From the human T2T-CHM13v2.0 reference genome, Homo sapiens: DNA of 64,000 bases. The stretch lies in assembly GCF_009914755.1 (NCBI RefSeq), contig NC_060927.1. One strand, 5' to 3'. A program made the position numbers and the translations under genes. Below the pieces are notes generated by a model. It was not told the DNA's origin. It ran no database searches and saw only the letters and a list, made by a program, of their open reading frames with translations. This document shows positions 13,384-28,899 of this stretch, one piece after another; the stretch's first letter is position 1; every line of letters starts with the position of its first letter.

Positions 13384-13799
13384 TTGCCAGTCCATTTGTG
13401 TTGCTGTAAAGGAATACCTGAGGCTTGGTAATTTACAAAGATAAGGGGATTTGGCTCACAGTTCTGCAGACTGTACAAGAAACATGGTACCAGCATCAGC
13501 TTCTGGCGTGGGCCTCTGATTAGTTCCATTCATGGTGCAAGGTGATAGGGAGCCCATGTGTACAGATCACATGGCAAGAGAGAAAGCAAGAGAGGGAGAA
13601 GGTGTCAGGCTCTTTTTAACAGCCACCTCTTGCAGGAACTGCTAGACTGAGAACGCACTCATTACCATGAGGAGGGCACCAAGCCATTTATGAAGGATCT
13701 GCCCCCATGATCCAGACACCTCCCACTAGGCTCCACTTCCAACACTGGAGATCCAATTTCAACACGAAGTTTGAAGAGTCAGATATCTAAACTATAATA
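13384..13799 (-). mobile_element. MaLR solo LTR (MSTB-like)
   Basis: agtccatttgtgttgctgtaaaggaatacctgagg, ggctcacagttctgcagactgtacaagaa, gagggcaccaagccatt...gatctgcccccatga. Confidence 0.85.
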
Positions 13800-13807
13800 G
13801 TTAGTAA

Positions 13808-14099
13808 AGCACTAGTAAGGCACTAGCCACATGTGACTGTGAGCCAAGTCCAAATACAGATATTCTATAAATGTAACATGCACACTGGATTTTAAAGAAT
13901 TAGTATGAATAAAAATCATCTTATTTACATGAGTTAATTTTATAAATGTTGAAATTATAATATTTTGGATATATTAGTTTAAATCAAGTATATTATTAAA
14001 ATCAATTTTGCCTGTTTCTTTTTACTTTTTTAAATATGTCTACTGGAAAATTTAGAATCACACCTGTGGTTCACATTATGTTTCTATTGGACACTGCTG
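13808..14099 (-). mobile_element. MER33 (hAT-Charlie MITE)
   Basis: cactagccacatgtg...tattttggatatattag...cctgtttctttttactt...ctattggacactgctg. Confidence 0.8.
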
Positions 14100-14199
14100 A
14101 CTTAAAGTATGGTCATACAAGTGTTTGCAAATATAAGTCATTTGATAAAGATCTAGACATTTCATTTTTTATTGGTTAAAAAATACATTATAAGTTTAT

Positions 14200-14528
14200 G
14201 TCAGATGCTGTAACATAGATGAAACTTGAGGAAGCTGAGTGAAATATGCCAGTCACAAAAGCAAAAATAACATGATTCTACTTATATGAAATATCTAGAC
14301 TAGTCAAAATTATAGAAACAGAGAGTAGATTGGTGGTTTCCAGGGACCAGGGTGGGGAAATTGGGGAGTTGTTCGATTGGTGTAGAGCTTCAGTTTTGGA
14401 AGACGAAAATGTTCTAGTTCTGTAGTCACAACAGGTAACTACAATTAACATTGTTGAATTGTACACTTAAAAATTGCTAACAGAGTACATTTTATATTGT
14501 ATTTTTATTAAAATGTAAAAATTAAATA
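14200..14528 (+). mobile_element. L1MB-type 3' end
   Basis: gtgaaatatgccagtcacaaaa...tagaaacagagagtagattggtggtttccagg...agcttcagttttggaaga...gtacacttaaaaat. Confidence 0.75.
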
Positions 14529-14702
14529 AGTACATAAAAAGAATGTGAAGACCAAGTAAAGGTTATTTTTCTCATTTTCAAGAACTAAATCAGATTACCT
14601 AAGGTCTTCTTTCATTATCTAGGGTCTTCTTTATACCTTTGTGTTAATTATTTAACACTACTATGGTAGGGGCAGGCAGATACTTAGGACCATCTGACTT
14701 CA

Positions 14703-14825
14703 TAGTAATAGCAGCTAATATGCACTGAGCACTAGACAGTGTGCTAAGTACTGAAGATATACACTAAGATAATCCTCACAACCACCGTATGAATTGATGA
14801 GGAAACTAAGCTTTAAAGATGTTGA
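14703..14825 (-). mobile_element. MIR fragment
   Basis: agcagctaat...tgagcact...aatcctcacaacca...gatgaggaaactaag. Confidence 0.65.
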
Positions 14826-15099
14826 TATTTATAAGGTATAGTGTTTCCTGTTCATGTGTTTGAGCTACTATGGTAATAAATTATTCTGGCTTAAAATCCC
14901 AAATGTAATACAATTCAGGGTTGGTTGAGCCACAAAGGTTGGACACCTGTGGCCTAGACATGGCAACAGAATATAAAAAAATCCTGGTATCCACATCACT
15001 GGCATTAGGACAGAGGGACAATTTGAAAGAAGTTGCCACAGCATTCTCAGGGAAGACTCATAAATCTGCGGTAGGTCTTCAAGTCTTTCCCTCTTTATT

Positions 15100-15910
15100 T
15101 ACAATTTTGGCATATGATTTGAAGGAGTTTGAAGAATTTCATAATATTTCTATAATTAAACTGCTTCTATGTCCATCTATTTAAGTAAATAAAAATTTAA
15201 GTATAAATATCAAATATTTTTATAAGTAAAAAGCATTTATTTTATTTAAAAATAAAAATAAGATAATTTATACAGAATCTCGACTCATTTAAGAAGTATT
15301 TCCCACCCACAGAAAAATGGTCATTAATTAAGGAGAAAAAGACCTATTGATATCATTAATATTTACATCTTCAATACAATGTGTATATTTTATAGACTTC
15401 ACAATTCATTATATATTCATGTTGTTTTGTATATTTTATACTAGTAACAATTATGATACTAACTGAATCCTGGAGAAATTTTTTTAATGCTTAGAGTTTT
15501 GTGAGCCCAGAAGAGAAAAATATTTCTAATTTACATATATTTTTGTTGAATAGATATATGTAATGGTGGCAATAAAGGATGATCAAGCATAAAAATATAT
15601 AACAGTAAGATTCTGCAATTCTCTGAGGAAGAAGAAATAATACTAAAATGTCTCATCATCAGAGAAAAGTTGCTTTAATGAATGACAAAACAGGTAAAAT
15701 TAGTATGTTAGATTACTTTGAGATACACTTCAAAGTGATGTAATGGTTGGATGTTAAAATTATATATTTATTATGATTAAAGGTTTAAAGTGAAAAGAAT
15801 AAATTTTAGCAACTTTGAAACATTTGAAAATATACGGATTTTTTTCAAAATTCCAGACAAAAATTTGTTTGGTATATGAACAAAACCAACTTTTTAAAAA
15901 GAACACAGCT
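15100..15910 (+). mobile_element. hAT-Charlie DNA transposon remnant (transposase C-terminus plus 3' arm)
   Basis: Broken translation FWHMI/KEFEEFHNISIIKLLLCPSI...KNK...IKEKKTY*YH* parallels the Charlie dimerisation domain (FW..EYPEL..A...LLPFPSTYLCE...KQAHPSH*). 3' boundary approximate. Confidence 0.55.
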
Positions 15911-15912
15911 AT

Positions 15913-16320
15913 AGGTAATAGAGAGCCATTAAGGAATCTCAGTACAGAGGAAGGTGTTGTTATGGTCCTTATGAGCTTCAGGAGATCCATCCAATTGTGT
16001 GGGAGATGAGAGAGGTGAAGTTAGATGAGGAGAAACAGTCTGGAACAAGATCCAAGGGCAATGATAATAACCTAGGAAGATATAATGGAAGAATAAATAA
16101 TGATGGCAGCATGAAAATGGCAAGCATATTAGTGGGTTTGACATTGTAAATGGCTGATGCAAGCCAAGGTGATTCCATGATTTGGGACTCCAAGAATGGA
16201 GGTTTCATTTTTTAAAGGATGGAATGAAAGACTGAGATATGTTGAAAGGAGTTGAATGGTTTTGGACATGTGTTGACAGTATACCCTGGTGAGGATATCC
16301 AGTAGATAAACATTGGAACC
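15913..16320 (-). mobile_element. LINE-2 fragment
   Basis: Purine-rich reverse L2 pattern (ggtaatagagagccattaagg...ccaaggtgattcca...ttttggacatgt...ggtgaggatatccagtagata). Confidence 0.65.
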
Positions 16321-16465
16321 TACAATAAATGCCATTCACATTTTCCACAAGTCTTTCTTTTAACAATCATTGGTTCTAGTATTCTAATTTATACATCTTT
16401 TTAGTATTAATTTGTCAGAAGAAGAAATCAACTGACATTTTAGTCACTATTTATTTATTTATATT

Positions 16466-16776
16466 TCTTTTTTTTTTTTTTTTTTTTTTTTTTGGAGACA
16501 GGATCTTACTCTGCTGTCTAGGCTGGAGTGCAGTGGTGCAATCATGGCTCAGCACAGCCTCAACCTTCCCAGGCTGAGGTGATCCTCCTACATCAGCCTC
16601 CTGAGTAGCTGGGATGACAGGTGTGCACCACCACACGCTGCTAATGTTTGTATTGTTGGTAGCAATGAGGTCTCACCATGATCCTCAGACTGGTCTCAAA
16701 CTCCTGAGTTCAAGTGATTTGTCTGTCTCAGCTTCCCAAAGTGCTGGGATTACAGGTATGAGCCACCACACCTGGC
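16466..16776 (-). mobile_element. AluJ
   Basis: Poly-T then gagacaggatcttactctg...gcaatcatggctca...cagcctcaacc...gatcctcct (J diagnostics). Confidence 0.9.
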
Positions 16777-18350
16777 TTGTCCCTTCTTATTTAATATATT
16801 TTTGAAGTAATGACAATTTTCAAAACTGTGTATAAGAAATTGAATATAAGCACCCTTCCTGCCAATCTATTTCAAAAGACATCATCAATGATTTTTCACA
16901 GGGATTACTAAAAAAGTTGGCATAAACTCTTCAGTCCAGTAATATTTTTTAGGTATCTGCAATATGTGTAAAGTCAAGCACAAAAATCATTATTACATTT
17001 TGAAAGATCTGTGACTTTTGTCCAAAAACCATTTATTTCACCATATATGGGTTTTGTGTAAAGATTAAAATTAATTATTAGCAATAAACACTTTAAATAT
17101 AGCACTTAGATGAACTCCTGTATTTTGCTTAAGGCCTAGCTTCAGAACTATTAAATGGACCCCTGAGCCTTACAGGAAGCTATTTCATTCCCTAGAAGTT
17201 TCACAAATATCAATTGATTAAAATAAAAAAAATGCTGTCCTTTTCCAGTGAAACATTCAAATCCAGTATGCTTTCTATTATAAATGCAATTTTAAGGTGG
17301 AAATTAGTTACCCCTGCCACATCAATCTTTACAATCAAATTAAAACTAATAACCATAACTTCTTATTGAAATAGTTATAATTCCTATTTGCTGAAGTTCT
17401 GGAAATTAATGTCTTTGCATGGAGCACCAACAAAATACATGTTATACAAATAAAATTCATGCTCTTCATGAAAAAAATTGAATCATCTTCTGAATTTATT
17501 ACCATAATTTATGTGCTCTCTTTTAGAACATGAATTATAATTTGACATATTGAAAGAATCCTAGATCAATAGACGTAATATCCTCAATATTGTAACTGTA
17601 AAATTCTGAAAGGAATGCATATAAACAAATAAGTGTGTCATTGTTTGGACAATCACGAAATATAAAAATCTTCCTCATAAAAAGAGACATCCCATTAGTC
17701 ACTAATTAAAATCTAGCCTTTCTGCTATTGTAGCTAATGAGTGCAGACATAAAAAGAACACACCTTATAAGGTTTATACACCAAAGACATGGTTTGCAGG
17801 CAAAAGATAAAATTCAAGTAGAAAAAAAATAAATCTTACTGCCAATTACACGTTTAAAATGGTATTTGTTAACGCTAATGCTTTTAAACTAAGGCTTTAG
17901 AAAACAAAGTTGAGTGCAGTTTAAGAAATAAAATTAACCCCAGAAGGTCTGGAATCTCAAAATTCTATGAAATCTTAACTTTGTGCTGATTTCTTTGTTC
18001 ATGCTTTGAGAAAAATGGAAAGCATATTGCAAATTACATAATGTTGCATACAAGTTCAGATTTAACTCAGACTCTGTCCTGACATTCCTCATTCCAGCCA
18101 GATTGACCAATTGCCAGCTCTGTAAAGTAGTGTGACTTGTGTCAATTCACAGATTTTGGGTTGATTGTGCCATGAAATTGGCCCACTATCCAGTAGAAAA
18201 TATACAAAACCGTCCTGAGTGAGACAGATATTTGGCTTAGTTGCAGGGTAATTTCCTTCCTTGTTTCTCACATATACTGCCTGGGCTATTTCTCTGAATT
18301 CTTCTCAATTACTGTTTTCCAGACTACAGAATTAGATTTTAGATTTCCTT

Positions 18351-18884
18351 TGTTGCAGACTCTGCTATTGGCCTGCCCAATACCCATTTTTCCCTCTTCC
18401 CTTCTTTCGTACTAACGTTTTTCGTTTTTTGTTTTTCCCCAAAGCAGCACCGAGTCCAGCTAAAATATTCTCTCTCCAAGACTCCCTTGAAGCTAGGATA
18501 TCTATCAGCAAACTTCTAGTTGGTAAAATGTAACTGGATTTCTTTCAGGAAGGCCTAAGGCTTTTTACTTTTTGTTTCTGAGAGAGAGTCCTTTGGCTTT
18601 TTGCTTTTGGCTCTTAGCTCTTAACCAGTGTTCTTTTTTCCTGTCCAAAATGTTAATGTAATGCCTGGAGGTATAAGAGACAGCTTGCAGTCATAAGGAT
18701 TAGAGCCAAGTGTAAACAGCAGAGAAGGCAGAAAGAACGATTCTGGGTCCTTGGGAAACCTTGAACAGTCTCACAAGCTCTGAACTACCTACTGCAGAGT
18801 CTTATGTGAGGAAAATCACCCCTGACTGGTTTGTGCTTCCACATTGTTTTCTGTTATATAGATAATGCAGTCCCTAACTGACAC
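18351..18884 (+). mobile_element. MaLR LTR (MLT1J-like)
   Basis: tgttgcagac...cccaatacccatt...actcccttgaagctagg...atgcctggaggt...ctgggtccttg...cctaactgacaca. Confidence 0.7.
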
Positions 18885-19303
18885 ACAATTCATTGTGGTA
18901 ATTTCCATTTGCCTGTGTTGTAATGTAACCTTGAACCTATTCAGTGAGACATGTAAGTATCTCCTGTTCTGGGAACCACCATTGTAGTGCACCATTTCCC
19001 TGTAATGCAACATCTATTGCCACATGTGAAGCACCCATCATCACATGTTTTCCAGTTAGCTGACTTTATACACATTTAGTGCCTCTCCTTCAAGCACCAC
19101 AAGCTGGGCCAGCTTCCCTAATAGTTGGCCCATACAAGTGGCCAGGGTGAGGTTTCTAGTTCACAGTCTACTCCATTTAAGCCATGACTATTACATCCTG
19201 AAACACATTAGCCCCTAAGTCACTTGGTCATCTTTTTTGCTGTAATTTAGAAAGACAATTTTATTTAAAACTCTTTTTATCTGACTCTGTTCTAGTTGTA
19301 GAC

Positions 19304-19436
19304 GAGCAGTTCTCAAATGGGGGTGACAAGGGATATTGCTAAATAACCAGCAGTGCCCAGGAAGAAAGGAAGCCTCCCACAACAACAAAAAAATTATCCA
19401 GCACAAATTGGCAGTAGTGCCAAGGTTGAGAAAGTT
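19304..19436 (+). mobile_element. MER20, internally deleted
   Basis: gttctcaaatgggggtga joined to agggatattgctaaa...cccacaac...aattatccagcacaaa...agtgccaaggttgagaaa. Confidence 0.7.
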
Positions 19437-19445
19437 TGATCCGGA

Positions 19446-19615
19446 GCAATGATTTTAACCCTGGCTGTGCTTTAGAATAAAATGAATTTTTAAACAGTCT
19501 TTACTCCTGGGATTTATTCCCCTTTGATTTTGATTTAAGAGATCTGGAATGTAGTCCACACGCATTTGCAAGCACCCCAGTTGATTTAAAATACAGCCAA
19601 AGTCAAGAACCACTG
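19446..19615. mobile_element. MER5B-like hAT MITE
   Basis: aaccctggctg...ttagaat...gcaccccagttgatt...cagccaaagtcaagaaccactg. Confidence 0.6.
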
Positions 19616-21318
19616 AGATGAGCATAACCCTTCATTCTGGAAAACTGTCCGAATCAGAGAGTTGGCCAGGGGTGGGGAAAAGAGAGGCTAAGTTCACAGA
19701 GAAGTGGGCTGAGAATAGGACACAAAGAGGAGGCTCTCTGTGAAAGAATTCATCCCAAGATGAAAAGCAAAGAAGGTCAGGAAAGGTTGTTCAGGAAATC
19801 ATGAGGTGTGTTAGGAAAAGTTCAGGATTGACAATGAATAAATTGAAGGTGTCAGAGGCCCTATTTAGATTATTAAAATGTAATGTCTGCTTATATACCT
19901 ATATTTGTGGCTTTATAGCTATACCTATAACTATCTAGTTGTCATTTATCCTGTTTTTAAGAGTGATACAGAAGAAAAAATGAAAGCGATTGTATGCCAG
20001 GGCAAAATTTGTGCTAACCTCTTTTGTTATTAAAAATACTTGATATCATTGTGCTAAAATTAATAATTATATTTAAAAGTTAGAAGTCAAAATAAGAATA
20101 TAACATTAAAATTTTGAAAAGCAAAAAGTGATAAATAAATTTCAAATTACATCAAATACCAGCTTGTAGAAACAATATGAGTTTTTTTAGTCTTTGCTTG
20201 TTTGTTTTTTGCCTTTGTTTTTGTTTTCACTCTTAAGAGATGTAACCAGAGTTTAACAACACTGAACGGGAACCAAGTTATCGTCTCTAATTCCACTTTT
20301 CCAACCTGGCTTTAAACAATTCTGCCACAAAAACCCCAATATCTGAAATTTTAGACTGAAATGGTTATGATTGTTTCTACCAGCTTGTAACTACTAGCTT
20401 GTCCTCATTTCACAAAAAAAAAATTTGAGTTCAATGTCATTATAATTATCAAATATTGCACCCAATTATCAAATATTGCAACTAATTCAAATATGAAATC
20501 ATTACCGATGAATCCATGCTCTGAGTTTCTCTGTTCTCAAGGACTTTTTTTAATTTTCAAATTCATAAGAATGTGTGGTGATTGTTTTACTGGAGTGTTG
20601 TATGTGGCTAAACTCATCTTAATTTTGCAGCATCTACAGCCTGTATTACATCTTTGACTTCTGTTTAGTTTCATAATTCATTTGAAATATGGTTATGAAA
20701 TGAAAATATGTGCCTGTAATATTCCAATGCCAATTAAGTAATAGCCAGATTCTTCTCTCGAGGATGTTTTTCATCAACGATTGATACATAGATCTCTGAC
20801 AGTAAAATGATTAAGTCTAACACTTCATTTTTCATTCTAAGAGGTGATTCATCAACCATCATTGAAGTCTTGATTGCCTTTGAAAGTGGACCACTTGATC
20901 ATATTCATTGTATTGAGACTCAGAAAATGACACCCCAAAGTAAAGCCCTAAGAAGCAAAGTCTCTCATTGACCTTCTCCCATTCCGTCTCGCCTCTCATT
21001 CTCCCCAGTGACAAGCCATACAAACTAGAATCCCTCATCTCCGAGGCCGGTTAAAGAAAGAAGAAACCATTTTCTCCAAAGTCAGCAATAAAGCCAAAAA
21101 ATATTACCCTATCCTCCCCCACTGCTTCTTTGTATAATAGCTAGGGATAAATAAATTGAAATCCTCATTCCAGGGAGAACTTATCCCATACTTGGGAGGA
21201 AAAAATGCTGCACAGAGAGGCCAATAAAAATCTAAACAGACAGATCTTGCTGAATTTTCCCACTCAGTGTCTTAGCAGATCATACTCTTCTTTTCCAGTA
21301 ATAGTTCCACACAGCTGT

Positions 21319-21650
21319 TGTATTAGTCCGTTTTCACGCTGCTGAAAATTTACAATAAAAAAGAGATTTAGTAGACTCATAGCTCTATGTGGCTGGGGAG
21401 GCCTCACAATCATGGTGGAAGGCAAAAGGCATGTCTTATATGGCAGCAGGAAAGAGAGAATGAGAACCAAGTGAAAAGGGTTTCCCCTTCTAAAACCATA
21501 AGATCTCATGAAACTACGACGAGAACAATATGGGGGAAACTGCCCCCATGATTCAGTTATCTCCCACCAGGTCCCTCTCACAACACATGAGAATTATGGG
21601 AGTTACAATTCAAGATAAGATTTGGGTGGGGACACAGCAAATCCATATCA
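21319..21650 (-). mobile_element. THE1B-like MaLR solo LTR
   Basis: tgtattagtccgttttcacgctgctg ... gatttgggtggggacacagc...ccatatca; 5-bp TSD gctgt/actgt. Confidence 0.9.
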
Positions 21651-21686
21651 ACTGTCCATACTTCATTGAACCTAAGCATAAAAATA

Positions 21687-22126
21687 CAGTTGACTCCTGA
21701 ACAACAAGGATTAACACTTTGTGGATCTACTTATATGCAGATTTTCTTCTGTTCCTGCTACCCTTGAGACAGCAAGAACAACCCCTATTCTTCCTCCTCC
21801 TCCTCCTCAGCCTACTCAACATGAAGACAATGAGTATAAAGACCTTTCTGATGTCTGCTTTCACTTAATGAATAGTAAATATATTTTTTCTTCCTTATGA
21901 TTTTCTTAACATTTCTTTTCTCTAGCTCACTTTATTGTAAAAATACACTGTATAATAAAGATAATATCAAAAGATGTATTAATTGACTGTTTATGTTATC
22001 TGTAAGGCTTCTGGTACGTAGTAGGCTATTGCTACTTAAGTTTTGAGAGAGTCAAAAGTTTTATGCAGCTTTTAATTTCATGGGGGGTTAACTCCCATAA
22101 CTCTTGAATTATTTGAGGGTTAACTC
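21687..22126. mobile_element. Tigger2a-like TcMar DNA transposon (MITE)
   Basis: TIRs cagttgactcctgaacaac ... tttgagggttaactc, TA on both sides, ~440 bp. Confidence 0.85.
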
Positions 22127-22343
22127 TACATAGTGTTCCCTGTATCTTTGAGTTTTTATGTTGAAGGCTCCCATGTCATGTAAAACTATGATCAAATAAA
22201 TTTGTTATGCTTTTCTCTTGTTAACTTATCTTTGTTATAAGACATCCCCTATAGGGATGTTGGCTGTGCCCTTTATAATCAGGAAGAAAGGACTCCTTTC
22301 CTCCCCTTGTTTCCTGTACAGCTCCTCATCACCACTACAGTTC

Positions 22344-22361
22344 TGGCGATGAGTATGGGAA
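22344..22361 (+). other. Retroviral primer-binding site, tRNA-Ser(GCT) type
   Basis: tggcgatgagtatgggaa vs TGGCGACGAGGATGGGAT (complement of the recalled tRNA-Ser-GCT 3' end): 15/18, four nt downstream of the LTR end. Confidence 0.7.
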
Positions 22362-23162
22362 GGCTGACACCTGACTCATTCCAAAGCCTACAGATGAGAT
22401 CCTGGGACAACTGACAAAAGCCAGCAAAAAGAGGTAAGAATTTTTACTAAGGTCAATTCTCCCAGATCTCTTCCTATGGTAGCTGCTCAGGAATGGAAGG
22501 TAAAAGTTTCTTTTTATCTTTTCCTTTCAAAGTTCAGGTTAGCAGGAAAAAAATCATCTGTTTGGATTGTGAGTCTTACATAAATTTGGTTTGGGGGTAT
22601 CCATTTGCTGTTGATCCTTTTCCTTCCACAGACAGCTATTGTTTTCCTGTTTGTCTCATTTTGTGTTCTGAGAACGCGGCTTGGCTTGCTGCCTGTAGGC
22701 ACATACAGATTGTCAGGTCTGTGTGTGCAGGCAGCCAACTGAAAGTTTGGGGTCCCCCATAAAAAGAATATAGCCACACAGAAATGTGAGTGGAATGCCA
22801 TTTGTGGCTGGCATACCAACTGTTGCCAGCTCTCAAGGATAACTATTGCCATGTACTTAAGCCTCTTCTTTTTTCTTTTTTTTTTAGCTGTCTTTGGGGA
22901 TGGCTCTGGATTTTGTGAGAATGCTTATTTGCATCTGTTTGGAGGCACTTTGTGTGTCTTTAAGTCATAAAGGGCTTCTTGACTTTGGTTCTGAGTCACT
23001 TGATAGATACTTTTGTTTTAAAAGAAAAATAAAATAAAATGAAAAGAAGAATATTACTGTTTGTTTCTGATGAAATCTGATAAAAGATTTGAGAGGGATT
23101 TTTTTTAAAGAGCTCTATGGTCAGAAGTTGGCTTAATTAAAAGCTGAAATTAAGGCTATAAT

Positions 23163-23809
23163 GTTTATAATTTCAATAGTTTTGGGGGTTCTGGTGTTTT
23201 TTAGTTATATGGATGAGTTCTTTAGAGGTGAATTCTGAGATTTTAGTGCACCCATCACCTGAGCAGAGTACACTATACCAAATATGTAGCTTTTTATCCC
23301 TCAGCCCCCTCCCAATCTTCCCCACTCTGCTGAGTCCTCAAAGTCCATTATATCAATCTATGTCTATGCATCCTCATAGCTTAGCTCCCATTTATAAGTG
23401 AGAACATATGGTTTTGGTTTTCCATTTCTGAGTGACTTCACTAAGAATAATGGCCTCCAGCTCTGTCCAAGTTGCTGCAAAAGGTACTTTTTTTCTTTTT
23501 TATGGCTGAGTAGCATTCCATGGTGTATATATACCATATTTTCTTTATCCATTCAGTCAATGGGCACTTAAGTTGGTTCCATATCTTTGCAATTGTGAAT
23601 TGTGTTGCTATAAACATGCATGTGAATGTGTCTTTTTCATATAATGACTTCTTTTCCTCTGGGTAGATACCCAGTAGTGGGATTGCTGGATCAAAGGGTA
23701 GATCTAGTTTTTATTCTTTAAGGAAGGTCCATACTGTTTTCCATAGTGGTTGTACTAATTTACATTCCCACCAGCAGTGTAAAAGTGTTCCCTTTTCACC
23801 TCATCCATG
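23163..23809 (-). mobile_element. L1PB1-like 5'-truncated 3' end
   Basis: ggatgagttctttagaggtgaattctgagattttagtgcacccatcacc; TSD taaggctataat/taagactataat (23151-23162 / 23810-23821). Confidence 0.85.
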
Positions 23810-25752
23810 TAAGACTATAATTTTTGTAAGGCCTCTGATTCCTTTATTGGGGATCCATGGGAACATCAGAGTTCTGCCTACCCTATAGAGGGAGTTAAAG
23901 TTAACTCCTTGCAACTCTGAGACCCTTGAGGAACACAGAAAAGGTGCCACTGACCCCCTTTTTGGGGTCCCCTGTCTTCCTCATGGAAGAGTTGTGGGTG
24001 ATTTCTCTCAAGTCTAAAGCTCTGCTTTCTTTCACATTGAGCTCCCTGGTCACTTTGGCTTTCAGGGGTACCAAGGCTTTATATTTTGAGAGGACACTTG
24101 GCCTTTGGGTATATGGTAATTAATGAGTCACTGGCAAGGGCGGCAATGAGTTGCAATGAATGGTCATTACTTCAGGGGGTGAACTCTGGCCTTTTATCTT
24201 CTTTGTTTCTTTGCATTAGAAACAAAGAATTTGAGAAAAGCCTCAGATTTATGACTGAGCCAAACAGAAACTGACAGTAAGTGGAAATTTGGTACAAGAA
24301 AAATAATTGGCTAAGTTAATCAAGGGGATCTCAGGGCCAAAGCCACAACTTGACAATGGACATGTTTTAGGCATTTAGAGGCTGTTGGAGTGCTCCCAGG
24401 GTGGGTGGGCTAGTCACAAAGTGAGCTGGATGATGTTGGGTGGCTCACCAGCCTCAGAGGGGATATCCCTGCAGTGAGACGCACTGTGAAACCACTGCAC
24501 AGCACAGCCACTTGGTCTTTCCCTCCTGGGCTTTTGTCTCAGCTCTGAACTGGGATTCAACATAAAAACTGAATCCTTGATTTCTGGAGATCTAGATGCT
24601 CTGCCTTCTAGCTGCACCTGCCCTTCACATTTATAAGTATTAGGCCTCCAGAAACTACAAATGCTTTGTGGGTCCTTTTCATTAGAGCCAATAAATTCAG
24701 TAATCCAGTTAAGAAATAAAAGTTAAATTAAAAAGTCACCTCCATACCTAGATTTGTCTCCAAAATATGACTTTCTGTCATTCAGCTGGTTATTTTGAAC
24801 AGACTTATACATTTTTTCCTAGGCTCACTTGTATGTTTTCTTGTAAAATCTTATAATAAATTTCTATAATTTTATATTGCCTGGCTATCCGTCATTGAAT
24901 CTTCCTTTCTGTCTAATCTAACTGACATACCTAAATCTGATTTGTCTCCTAATCAGGGCTCTCCTGGAGAGTGTCTAACTTGATAAACCTGTCAGGACAG
25001 AGCTAGAGTTTACAGACACTTTCCAGAGAAAAACCTCAAGAACAATTTAAAAAAAAAAATCCAGTTTTAGCAGAAATGAATATTTTGTCTACCCAGATGG
25101 CCTTTGAAAACATTCAGACCGAAAACTTAGTCCACAGCCTCCATAAAATTTCTGGAGGTTCTTAATATCTGATAGTAGGCAATAACCCCTAAGTTTTTTC
25201 TGAGAAAAAAATACATAAAATAACATAAAAACTAATTCAAATGCCTTTTAGTTTATGTGATCTGAGATAATCTTTGGTAAATAAAATTTGTTTTAAAATT
25301 GTTAGTAAAATAAAAATAGAAATGACTTCAGAATTATCTGCATACATTTTTGCCTGGGTTTGCTGGTTAGACAGGTTTGTGCTATCTCACCTTGAGTAAA
25401 ATGCAAAAGCAACCACGAAAATAAAAAAAGAGGGGAGAGGGAAAACATATTCCGTATGCTGCATCATCTTTTTATTGTTTGGAAAACTGAGTCACCTTTT
25501 TATCAATGATCAAGTGTTTTTTTTTATATTTTTATTTTTATTTTTTAATTATACTTTAAGTTCTAGGGTACATGTGCACAACATGCTTGCTCGTTCCATG
25601 GGTATACATGTGCCATGCTGGCCTGCTGTACCCATCAACCCATCATTTACGTTAAGTATTTCTCCCAATACTATTCCTCCCCCAACCCCCCACCCAGCCA
25701 ACAGGCCCCGGTGTGTGATGTTCCCCACCCTGTGTCCAAGTGTTCCCATTGT

Positions 25753-28836
<3,084 letters not shown>

Positions 28837-28899
28837 TATGATGTTGGCTGGTTATTTTGCCCATTAGTTGATGCAGTTTCCTCCTAGCATCAATGGTCT

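Larger units (their letters stand above)
20911..22339 (+). mobile_element. 5' LTR (MER39/MER39B-like), interrupted by THE1B and Tigger2a
   Basis: caagccatacaaactagaatccctc, aatgctgcacagagaggccaataaaaatct and catacttcattgaacctaagcataaaaa are shared with the 3' LTR; ends ...ctaca. Confidence 0.8.

Noticed and set aside
20444-20492. 20-bp tandem repeat (also 12-bp at ~9716-9739 and 18-bp at 40256-40291) as CRISPR-like array
   Set aside because: Adjacent copies without spacers in a human genome; ordinary slippage duplications.
19304-22339. MER20 near a MER39-like LTR, as at the decidual PRL promoter
   Set aside because: No prolactin exon or other gene in the window; both families are common.
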